From: a virus
Taxonomy: Duplodnaviria > Heunggongvirae > Uroviricota > Caudoviricetes
Strand: one strand, 5' to 3'
Length of the DNA: 64,000 nucleotides
IMG/VR virus record: IMGVR_UViG_2802428818_000001
Span: 52,564-116,563 of that record
The notes beneath the pieces were generated by a model. The model made no database searches and was not told where the DNA came from. It was given only the letters and a program-made list of their open reading frames with translations. Both the position numbers and the translations under genes were made by a program. Of the stretch, positions 53,003-61,205 are shown in pieces (within the stretch, counting starts at the first letter, position 1; every line of letters begins with the position of its first letter).

Positions 53003-53959
53003 TTAGATGGTGTCCAGGTCAGCGAGGACGTCATCGAGGTCGTTGTCGTCAAGTTCGACGACAGGCTCTTCGACAACAGCCGGCTTGGACGAAGCCTTCT
53101 GAGTGGTGGTCGCAGCGGCCTTCGTGACCGGTGCGGCTTCTTCAGTGTCGACGTCGAACGGTGCTTCGTCGAGGTCGGCTGCGTCAGCAAGTGCGTCCGC
53201 ATCGACGTCCGGATCAACGGTTGCTGCACGCGAGGTCAGAGCGGCAGTCGGGGTCTTGTTGCCGAGCTTCGGCAACGAAACCTGGGCGACCTGGGCGATG
53301 AAGTTCAGCGCCTTCTGCTCATCACCGCGGAAGAACTCCTTGTTGATGTGGCCGATGAGGTCGTGGCATTCCTTGAGCTGCTGCGGCGTGACCGGAGCAT
53401 GTGCCTTGCCGGCAGCGACGTTGACGGCGTATTCGGTGTTGAGACCCTTGCCGGTGCGGGTGATGGAGATATCCATACCTTCGCTCGGCGACAGAATGTC
53501 TTCGCCTTCTTCGGCATACTGCTGAACGATGCCGAGGATGGAGCCGAACGTGCCGGGCGTGAGTTCGAGGATCTGCACCTTGTCCGGATCAGTCGAGCCC
53601 TTCGAGCGATCGAGAACGTTCAGAAGAACGGTCTTACGAGCCTTCCAGCTCTTGTAGAGCTCCTTGGACTCTTCATCGATCGCCGCGCTCATGGCCTGGT
53701 CGATCGCGGTGTCGATCGCGCACGGCTGATCGAAGCAGATGCTCGGGCATCCAACAACGGCAATCGGCTTGCCCTTGCCTTCAACTTCCGGCTTGATCCA
53801 GTGAACGCCGAGGTCGGCCCAGAACTGAGCGTTCTGATCGGGCACGAGGATGCGGTAGCGGTTAACGCCTTCCTTCGGCTTGATGCGTTCGCCAGTGGAA
53901 CGCTGATACTTGTTTGCGCCTTGCGAGACGAGCTTCTGCAGTGCGGGAGAAAGTGCCAT
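53003..53959 (-). CDS. gp32-like single-stranded DNA-binding protein
   Basis: His/Cys zinc-site-like HW...VGCPSICFDQPC and long acidic C-terminal tail. Confidence 0.55.
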   Translation of the reverse strand: MALSPALQKLVSQGANKYQRSTGERIKPKEGVNRYRILVPDQNAQFWADLGVHWIKPEVEGKGKPIAVVGCPSICFDQPCAIDTAIDQAMSAAIDEESKELYKSWKARKTVLLNVLDRSKGSTDPDKVQILELTPGTFGSILGIVQQYAEEGEDILSPSEGMDISITRTGKGLNTEYAVNVAAGKAHAPVTPQQLKECHDLIGHINKEFFRGDEQKALNFIAQVAQVSLPKLGNKTPTAALTSRAATVDPDVDADALADAADLDEAPFDVDTEEAAPVTKAAATTTQKASSKPAVVEEPVVELDDNDLDDVLADLDTI

Positions 53960-54010
53960 TTCGAGTTTTCCTTTTCGAGGCTGGTGCTTGTGAGCTTTGT
54001 CGGTTCGTAG

Positions 54011-54035
54011 TTAGCGATTTAGCGAAATCGCTAAT
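54011..54035. promoter_or_regulatory. family A TTAGCGATTTAGCGAAATCGCTAAT
   Basis: about 50 nt upstream of gp32-like gene. Confidence 0.55.
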
Positions 54036-54086
54036 CTATAAATAGACAGTTTTCAATCGGGTTTCGCGAAAAAATTCGAGGATTTT

Positions 54087-54338
54087 TCAGGCGAACGTTT
54101 CGAGGATCTTCGAGCGCTTGGCAGCGGCGCGGGACGCAGCGTCCTTCGCAGCGGCAGCGGCCTTTTCGGCACGCTCTGCAGCTTCGGCGCGGCGCTGGGC
54201 GGCCGACTGCTGCTTGCGCTCATGCTTTGCCAGTTTCGTCGTGATCTTGGTGATCGGCTTCAGGATCGAGTCAACGGACTCTTCGCGGCCGAACAGCTTG
54301 CGGACGAAAGCGAGGAAGTCATCGAGATTGTATTTCAT
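54087..54338 (-). CDS. hypothetical protein
   Basis: 83 aa; palindromic family B site upstream. Confidence 0.45.
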   Translation of the reverse strand: MKYNLDDFLAFVRKLFGREESVDSILKPITKITTKLAKHERKQQSAAQRRAEAAERAEKAAAAAKDAASRAAAKRSKILETFA

Positions 54339-54358
54339 GAGAGGGCTCCGTGGGTTCT

Positions 54359-54380
54359 AGTCAGTCAATTTTGACTGACT
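54359..54380. promoter_or_regulatory. family B perfect 22-bp palindrome AGTCAGTCAATTTTGACTGACT
   Basis: between 54417 stop and 54338 start. Confidence 0.6.
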
Positions 54381-54416
54381 GTTGAATAGACGAAAAATCG
54401 ACGGATTTCGAAAAAT

Positions 54417-54959
54417 TTAAGCGGCGTTCTTTTTCACCCGCTCGAGATATCCGGCCTTAAGGTTATCGAGGTCTTCCTCGCGGCTGCTGCGCAGCTTGGT
54501 GACGAGCTCGCCTTTCATTTCCTCGCGCTCGGTTGCACCGTGCTGGACGAGCATGTCCTTGCGATGCCGGAAGCCTTCAACCGCAATCTTAGCAACCGCC
54601 TCGATCTGCTTGGCTTCATTGAGCGCCTTCTTGACGGCCGTCACACGCTCATGGCGCGTGACCATCTTGTCGAGCAGCGCTTCCGTGACCTTCTCGCCCT
54701 TGGCAACCATCGAGTCACGCAGGACGCGATAGACGGCCGCCTCGGTGTTTTCGAGCAGCAGCTTGATATTGTCCACCTGGCGCGCGGCCTTGGCCGAGAG
54801 CTCACCGTAATGGACGAACAACTGCGCCTGGCGCGATTGGGCACCGGAGATATCGACAAGCGAATAGCCGATGTCTTCCTTCAGCTTGGCGCTGTCGATG
54901 TAGTTGCGCACCTTGATCGTGGTGCGCGCCTTCTTCTCTTCTTCAGTCTCTTCACTCAT
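54417..54959 (-). CDS. hypothetical protein
   Basis: 180 aa, helical, Glu/Lys-rich. Confidence 0.5.
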   Translation of the reverse strand: MSEETEEEKKARTTIKVRNYIDSAKLKEDIGYSLVDISGAQSRQAQLFVHYGELSAKAARQVDNIKLLLENTEAAVYRVLRDSMVAKGEKVTEALLDKMVTRHERVTAVKKALNEAKQIEAVAKIAVEGFRHRKDMLVQHGATEREEMKGELVTKLRSSREEDLDNLKAGYLERVKKNAA

Positions 54960-55018
54960 GATCGTTCCTTTCGATCTGCATCAATAGAATAGCGCTTGCG
55001 AGCGCGGCTTACGGGTGG

Positions 55019-58000
55019 TCAGTCGAGGAGATCGACGACTGACGCGAAGACTTCCTCCATGAGATCCTGCTTCTCGGGCGCGTAGTAGATTTCGCCAGGA
55101 TTGAAGCCGATCACGAGGTTCGCATCGAGATCCTTGTGATAGACAACCTTGCCGGCGACGTCCGAGGTCTTGCCCTTGAAGTCAGGCATGAAGTGGCGCA
55201 CGGCAGCAGTGCCGAGCAGCACGATGATCGGTGGCTTCAGGATATCGATTTCGCGCTCGAGGTAGGGCCAATACATGCGGATCTCTTCCGGCGAGACCTG
55301 CTTGCCCGACTTCGGCCGCTTCAGCAGAGCCGTCCAATAGATCATCTTGCGATCGAGCTGGTGCGACATCAACGCATCGATGACAGGCGCCGACGCCTTG
55401 CCGATCGACATCATGCCTTCCTGCTCTTCCGGGTTGTTGGGCGCGTCCGTGATGATCATGAACTGCGCTTGCTTGCCGAAGTGCGGATGCACCATGATAC
55501 CGTCCTCAGACAGATCCGCCTTGTAGTCGTCGATGACCTCGGCGATGGCGTCCTTCGTCGCCTTGTCGTTCTCCATCGAGCGCGCGACCGGCACGGTTGC
55601 TGTGACCAGGCCAGGCAGGAGCTCGAGCTGATCCTTGATGCGCGCCGGATCGTTCGGCCCAAGCTGTCCAGGCTCGATGCGTGAGAATGCGCCGACGAGA
55701 TCGAGGTTTTCCTGGTGCTTCTTATTGCACTTGGTCTTGTTGACGCGCTCGAGGAAGTCAGCCTTGTCCTTGAAGAGGCCCAGCGGCTTCTTCGTGGTGG
55801 GATCGACCGCCTTGCGCGCCTCGAGGATCGCGTTCGTCGTGTTGGAAGAAATGCCCTTGATGCGCTGGAACGGCATGACCAGCCGGACGTCGGTGACAAT
55901 CTCGAACCTTTCGGTCGAAATGTTGATATCGGGCATGTTCACGTCGATGCCGAAGCGCGCAGCGTCACGCAAGATCGCCGGCAGCTTGTCTTCGTCCATC
56001 AGTGTCAGCGCAGCCGCGAAGAACTCGACGGGATAATGCGTCTTCAGCCACATCGACTGCCACGAGATCAGCGAATACTCGACCGAGTGGCTCTTGTTGA
56101 AGCCGTAGCCGGCGAAGCCTTCGATCTTGTCGAATAGAGCGCCGGCCCATTCGTCCGTGCAGGCGATCGTCTTCACGCAGCCGTCAACGAAATTCGACCG
56201 CTCCTTCTTCATTTCCTCGGGCAATTTCTTGCCCATGATCTTGCGGAGCTTGTCAGCTTGGGCGCCGGTGTAGCCTGCGATCACCTGAGAGATCTTCATG
56301 ACCTGCTCCTGGTAGACGATGACGCCGTATGTTTCGCGCAGCACGTCTTCCATCAGCGGATGGTCATAGTCGACCGTCTCGTTGCCCTGCTTGCGCAGAT
56401 AGTAGCTGTCCATCATGCCTGACTCCATCGGGCCAGGTCTGTAGAGCGCGGTCGCGGCCGTGATATCGTCAAAGGTGATGCAGCCGTCAGCGCCGAGCTC
56501 GCGCAGCAGCTTGCGCATGCCGGGGCTTTCGAACTGGAAGACGCCAGTGGTGAGACCGGCTGCGAAGTTCTTCAGCACTGCCGGATCGTCGAGCGGCACC
56601 TTCATCAGGTTGATCTTCTTTTGATGGCGCTCGAAAATGTAGCGCAGCACCAACGCGATCAGATCGAGAGTGGAGAGGCCGAGAATATCCATTTTGACCA
56701 GGCCTTGATCCTCGACGATGCGCTTATCCCAGCAGACGACTGCCGAGTCGCCCTTGCGCTTTTCGATGACCGCTCGCTCCTCGAGATCCACGCCACCGAC
56801 GACGATGCCGGCTGCGTGCTGGCTCATATTGCGGATCGTCCCTTCGATGCGCTCCATGATGTCCCAGTGCGCCGGATACTTGGCTGCGAACTCATCGATT
56901 TCAGCGACTTCCATGCGGCATTCAGGCAGCGGCACATTGGCGCCGTGCTTCTTGGGCACCAGCTTGGAGATCGAATATTCCTTCTCCGGGATCTGGAAAG
57001 TTCGGCCGACGTCGCGGATCGAGGACGCAGCAGCAAGCGTGCCGAAGTTCGACACGCCGGCGACGCGCTTCTCGCCGTATTTCTTGATAAGGTATTCGAC
57101 GACCTCGTGGCGACGCGTCGACATGAAGTCCAAGTCGGCGTCTGGCAGGTCGAGACGCTCCGGGTTGATGAAGCGCTCGAAGAGCAGACCGAAGCGGATC
57201 GGATCGCAGTCAGTGATGCCCATCAGATAAGCGACGAGCGAGCCGCCGACAGAACCGCGGCCAGGACCGACGAGAATGCCGCTCTGCTTGGAGAACTGCA
57301 CCACGTCCTGCACAAGCAGGAAGTAGCCTGCGAAGGAGAGCTTCTTCAAAACCTCGAGCTCGTATGCCAGGCGCGGCTTGTAGACGTCGATCAACTCTTG
57401 CTGGGTCGGCTTGTGCCCGAAGCTTTCCTGGCTGAAACGGACCTTCCAGCCGGCCTTGCACTCTGCGACGAGACTGGCGAACTCGTCTTCTGCCATCACC
57501 GGCAGCGAGACCGGCGCCTTCGACCAGGTGTATTCGACCGCATCGACCAGCCAGTCGGTGTTTGCGAGGCCTTGCTTGAAATGCGCGCCTGCACCGACGA
57601 CGCCGCGGAGCGCGACGTGCTTTGCAGCCTTGACCACTTCAGCGCCGAGATCGGCTGCCTTCAGAACGTGGAAGTCGCGGTTGAAGGTCGATTTGTGCCA
57701 ACCGTCCGTCACCTTGTTGTTATTGGCGATCGCGGTCATGACTTCGTGCGCGTCAGCCTGGTCGGCTTCGTAATAGGCAGGGCGCACGACGAGCGGGCGA
57801 GCCTTGAAGCGTGCGATCAGATCCAGCGAGCGCTTATTGACCGTGCCGAAGTAGGGCGTGTCGATCGGGATCAGCGGCGCGAAGACGTAATCGGGATGCA
57901 GGCAGTCAACCAGGCGCTCGAGGATCTGCTCTGCGTCAGCGCGCATGATGACGCCGTGGGTGTCGCCCAGGTGAAACGCAAGATGACCGGCGCCGAGCTT

Positions 58001-58432
58001 TTCGAGCTCTTCCCAGAGATCGTCATAGCCAAGCTTCGCGGTGTAATAGAAGCGCCCAGGCACCTTGTTACCGGCCGCGTCTTCGGTGTCGCCGGAATTG
58101 GCCTTGGTCAGCAGACGATAGATCGCCTTCATGCCTGTTTCCGTCAGCACGTAAGCCGTGAGGAAGTGCTCGGGCGGCATGTGCTTCTTCTTCTGACCCT
58201 TGGCCGGACGCCAGGTCGGATCCTCAGACAGTCTGAGCCGCACACCGATGATCGGCTTAACCTCGGCCTTCTTGGCGCGATTGGTGAAGTCGATCATGCC
58301 GGTGATCGACATGGTGTCGGTGATCGCGATCGCCTTGGCGCCTTGCTCTTTGGCGATATCGACCAGCTTCTCGGCGTTGAGAATGCTTTCGCCGAGTGAG
58401 AAGTCGGTGCGGGCGGCTAGAATGGCGTGCAA
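55019..58432 (-). CDS. dnaE: DNA polymerase III alpha subunit
   Basis: 1137 aa; N-terminal PHP domain, palm/fingers region characteristic of DnaE. Confidence 0.95.
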   Translation of the reverse strand: MHAILAARTDFSLGESILNAEKLVDIAKEQGAKAIAITDTMSITGMIDFTNRAKKAEVKPIIGVRLRLSEDPTWRPAKGQKKKHMPPEHFLTAYVLTETGMKAIYRLLTKANSGDTEDAAGNKVPGRFYYTAKLGYDDLWEELEKLGAGHLAFHLGDTHGVIMRADAEQILERLVDCLHPDYVFAPLIPIDTPYFGTVNKRSLDLIARFKARPLVVRPAYYEADQADAHEVMTAIANNNKVTDGWHKSTFNRDFHVLKAADLGAEVVKAAKHVALRGVVGAGAHFKQGLANTDWLVDAVEYTWSKAPVSLPVMAEDEFASLVAECKAGWKVRFSQESFGHKPTQQELIDVYKPRLAYELEVLKKLSFAGYFLLVQDVVQFSKQSGILVGPGRGSVGGSLVAYLMGITDCDPIRFGLLFERFINPERLDLPDADLDFMSTRRHEVVEYLIKKYGEKRVAGVSNFGTLAAASSIRDVGRTFQIPEKEYSISKLVPKKHGANVPLPECRMEVAEIDEFAAKYPAHWDIMERIEGTIRNMSQHAAGIVVGGVDLEERAVIEKRKGDSAVVCWDKRIVEDQGLVKMDILGLSTLDLIALVLRYIFERHQKKINLMKVPLDDPAVLKNFAAGLTTGVFQFESPGMRKLLRELGADGCITFDDITAATALYRPGPMESGMMDSYYLRKQGNETVDYDHPLMEDVLRETYGVIVYQEQVMKISQVIAGYTGAQADKLRKIMGKKLPEEMKKERSNFVDGCVKTIACTDEWAGALFDKIEGFAGYGFNKSHSVEYSLISWQSMWLKTHYPVEFFAAALTLMDEDKLPAILRDAARFGIDVNMPDINISTERFEIVTDVRLVMPFQRIKGISSNTTNAILEARKAVDPTTKKPLGLFKDKADFLERVNKTKCNKKHQENLDLVGAFSRIEPGQLGPNDPARIKDQLELLPGLVTATVPVARSMENDKATKDAIAEVIDDYKADLSEDGIMVHPHFGKQAQFMIITDAPNNPEEQEGMMSIGKASAPVIDALMSHQLDRKMIYWTALLKRPKSGKQVSPEEIRMYWPYLEREIDILKPPIIVLLGTAAVRHFMPDFKGKTSDVAGKVVYHKDLDANLVIGFNPGEIYYAPEKQDLMEEVFASVVDLLD

Positions 58433-58442
58433 TATCGTGTCC

Positions 58443-58664
58443 TCAATTGAATTGAACGTGGATCGTAGAAATGTCGGTGCGGGCCTCGGTGCTCATGACG
58501 ATCACCCGAGCGGCGAATTGCTCGGACAGGTATTTCTCCAAGGCCTCGATCGCATCGTGCTCGGCATAGACCGTCGGCGTCGGGGAGGGAGCATCGAACC
58601 AACCGCCTCTAATGAGCGGTGTGTTTCTGGACTCGAGCAGCAAGTGAAAGCGCAGGCCGGCCAT
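58443..58664 (-). CDS. hypothetical protein
   Basis: 73 aa. Confidence 0.45.
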   Translation of the reverse strand: MAGLRFHLLLESRNTPLIRGGWFDAPSPTPTVYAEHDAIEALEKYLSEQFAARVIVMSTEARTDISTIHVQFN

Positions 58665-59194
58665 CAGCCTCTCCTCAGAACGATGGCGCCGTCGATGTTG
58701 TTGACCGCGCCGATATGGGTGAGCGCCTGGATCGCCATGCGCGCGTGACTGTCGGCCGTGCCTTCGGTCCAGCCGAGCTTGGTCGTGTAGGCGTAAGCGA
58801 GCGTCTGGCGATCGAGCGGCTGCTTCAGCTTCAGGAGCAGATGACCGGCGATCTTCAAGAAGTTCGACGAGGCTGCGAACGGATTGACGCCTTTGGCGAA
58901 GTTCTCGGTCACACGCAGATTGGAGCTGTCGAGCTTTTCAACGAGCGCCATGACCTTCTTCGGCACGGTCATTTCTGCGGGACCTGCCGTCGGCTTTTCA
59001 ACGAGCGGGTTCTTGGCGTCTTTATTACCCTTGCCCTTCACACCGACGCGCTCACGAAGGATCTCGAGATTGGTCAGGTGCAGCGGCTTGCACGCTTCTG
59101 CGAACTTGCAGACCGCGCACACCGGCGCCGTCTCCTCGTAAGCAAGCGCAGAGCCGAAGCAGCCAGGTGCAAAAGACGGAATGTAAGCTGTCAT
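58664..59194 (-). CDS. hypothetical protein with N-terminal Cys cluster
   Basis: CFGSALAYEETAPVCAVCKFAEAC. Confidence 0.5.
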   Translation of the reverse strand: MTAYIPSFAPGCFGSALAYEETAPVCAVCKFAEACKPLHLTNLEILRERVGVKGKGNKDAKNPLVEKPTAGPAEMTVPKKVMALVEKLDSSNLRVTENFAKGVNPFAASSNFLKIAGHLLLKLKQPLDRQTLAYAYTTKLGWTEGTADSHARMAIQALTHIGAVNNIDGAIVLRRG

Positions 59195-59832
59195 GCGGCG
59201 TTCCTTTGGACCTTCTCGGAGAGCTTGCGCAGCTCGGCGAGGATCTTCGTGCGTTCCGGGCGATCAGCGTCCATCAGACGGAACACAAACGCCGTCGTGA
59301 TCTGGCTGATCAGAATGTTTTGCGCTCCGATCTCTTTGGCCCAATCGGAGCGCGCTTTCAGTTGGCGCATCTGTTCAAGCAACTCGGGCGGCTGCTCGTA
59401 GAGGAGCTTCAGAAACAGCGAGGCGCGGGCGCTCAGCTTCCTCAGCGCCCAGGCGAGGTGCGTCTCTTCAGCCAGCTTGTCTTCGGCGCTGTCATCGCCA
59501 GATGCGATGATGTCGAGGAGCGAACCTTCGGAGCTGTCGTCGCCATTCATTGCGATCGGGGCGTCGAGGCTCTTGGCGCGCTCTTCGGCAATCCGCTTGA
59601 ACATCGTGCGGTTAAGGCCAAGCTTCGAGCGACGGATGCCCTCGAGCAGATAGGCCTTGAAGGGCACGCCGAGCGTCGGATCGAATGTGTCGCGTGCGCG
59701 GCACCAGACGATCCAAAGCTCTTGCTCGACGTCTTCATGGCTCATCGACGTTGCGCCGGAGCCATGAAGCTTTCTTGCGATCGACCAAGCGAGACGCCGG
59801 ATCAGATCGACGCTCTCCTTATGGTCGATCAT
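59191..59832 (-). CDS. sigma-70-family (ECF-sized) sigma factor
   Basis: region 2 pattern DLIRRLAWSIARK...ELWIVWCRARDTFDP and C-terminal region-4-like HTH. Confidence 0.65.
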   Translation of the reverse strand: MIDHKESVDLIRRLAWSIARKLHGSGATSMSHEDVEQELWIVWCRARDTFDPTLGVPFKAYLLEGIRRSKLGLNRTMFKRIAEERAKSLDAPIAMNGDDSSEGSLLDIIASGDDSAEDKLAEETHLAWALRKLSARASLFLKLLYEQPPELLEQMRQLKARSDWAKEIGAQNILISQITTAFVFRLMDADRPERTKILAELRKLSEKVQRNAA

Positions 59833-61091
59833 CAGGCGAAGTGCCTCTGAAGCACTTGTTCGACTGTCACCTGGTCGACGCGGGAGCAGCGGTTGGCGAA
59901 TGCGAGCTTGAAGCCGAGCGTCGGGTTATTGCCGAAGACGATGGTCAGCGATGCAGCGGTGATCAGCTCACGCGGCGAGATCGTCATCGACATTTCGCCC
60001 TTCGCGAAGCTCTCGCGAATGGCGTTCGCGACCTTGACGAACTTGTCAGCATCGGGCTTGCCGAGACCGGCCTTCGACCGCAGGACCAGAGCTTCCTGCT
60101 TCGGGTCCATGTATTTCACTTCCTCAGTGATGTGGAAGCGCGAATAGGACGCAGCATTCTGGATCATCGTGCCTTGGTAGAGGCCAGTCTCGTCGCCGAC
60201 GCCGTTGGTGTTACCGGTCGCGACGAAGCGAAAATCGGGATGCGGATGAATGACGCGCTGATCGATGGGCGCATCCTTGATGACAAGCGGCTTGCCTTCG
60301 AGCACCGGCTGATAGAGCGCGATCACGGACGGCATTGCGAAGTCGTATTCGTCAGCGCAGTAGACCATGCCGTATTTCATCGCCATCGCCAGCGGACCAT
60401 ATTGGAACTCGGTCACAGTCTGCGGCTTCTGCACGATGTGGATTCTGCCGTCGGCGCCGAGCTCCTGGCTGTCAGCCATCACCGTCTTGACTACATACTG
60501 TCCGAGAATGTGCGCCTCTTCGGTGTTGCCGGTGTGCTGGACGCGCAAGAACGCGCGGCCCGTGCGCGCGGCGCACTGCTCGAGGACAGTCGTCTTGCCA
60601 GTGCCGTGAAAGCCCCAGAGATAGACGTTCATGCCGAGTTCGAAGCCCAGGCAGACTTTCTTCACCAGGTCGATGTTGAAGACGTAGTCCGGATCGGTCG
60701 CCTGGATATAGGCAGCGGACTCGAGGTGATGTTCGGTGAGGCAGCGCAGCATGATCGGATTGTTGGTCGAGCTCAAGCCGGCCGACGCGTCGAGGCCGAA
60801 GATCTCCGACAGCGTCCGTTCGGTGAAAGCGAACGGCTGGTTCGGCTGCAAGGCGGTGGACGACTTCTTGCGCTGCTCGGCAGCTTCCCTGGCCTTTAGA
60901 GCGGCGCGCTTGCCGGTTTCGGACAGCATCGGCTGGCCCGGATACTTTTCCTTGTATTGCTCGATCGTCCATTCCGGATAGTTCTCGCGCAAATAGACGC
61001 GGATCGAGTGGCAACGACCACCGTCGATCGCGCAGGTAATCATGTCGTCGGTGGGGTCGGCTTGCACTGCTACGGCTGCTGCTGCTGTCAT
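59832..61091 (-). CDS. CobS-like AAA+ ATPase (AAA_5)
   Basis: Walker A GFHGTGKTT; GGAGACAGGAA ATG; trimmed from 59832..61133. Confidence 0.75.
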   Translation of the reverse strand: MTAAAAVAVQADPTDDMITCAIDGGRCHSIRVYLRENYPEWTIEQYKEKYPGQPMLSETGKRAALKAREAAEQRKKSSTALQPNQPFAFTERTLSEIFGLDASAGLSSTNNPIMLRCLTEHHLESAAYIQATDPDYVFNIDLVKKVCLGFELGMNVYLWGFHGTGKTTVLEQCAARTGRAFLRVQHTGNTEEAHILGQYVVKTVMADSQELGADGRIHIVQKPQTVTEFQYGPLAMAMKYGMVYCADEYDFAMPSVIALYQPVLEGKPLVIKDAPIDQRVIHPHPDFRFVATGNTNGVGDETGLYQGTMIQNAASYSRFHITEEVKYMDPKQEALVLRSKAGLGKPDADKFVKVANAIRESFAKGEMSMTISPRELITAASLTIVFGNNPTLGFKLAFANRCSRVDQVTVEQVLQRHFA

Positions 61092-61128
61092 TTCCTGTCT
61101 CCGTTTAATCTCGCGTTCTAGTGACGCT

Positions 61129-61190
61129 CTCAATCAATATTTACTTACTAACAAGCGCAGCGATGGGACGCAATCAATATTTACTTACCG
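61129..61190 (-). promoter_or_regulatory. two tandem extended family B boxes (TCAATCAATATTTACTTACTAACAAGCGCAGCGATGGGACG / CAATCAATATTTACTTACC)
   Basis: upstream of CobS-like gene; first box nearly identical to 39029-39068. Confidence 0.6.
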
Positions 61191-61205
61191 ATTGCGCTTC
61201 CCTCG

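Noticed and set aside
56621-58399. 592-aa plus-strand ORF
   Set aside because: Antisense to dnaE with Arg/Ala/Leu-rich composition, the usual long antisense ORF of high-GC genes.
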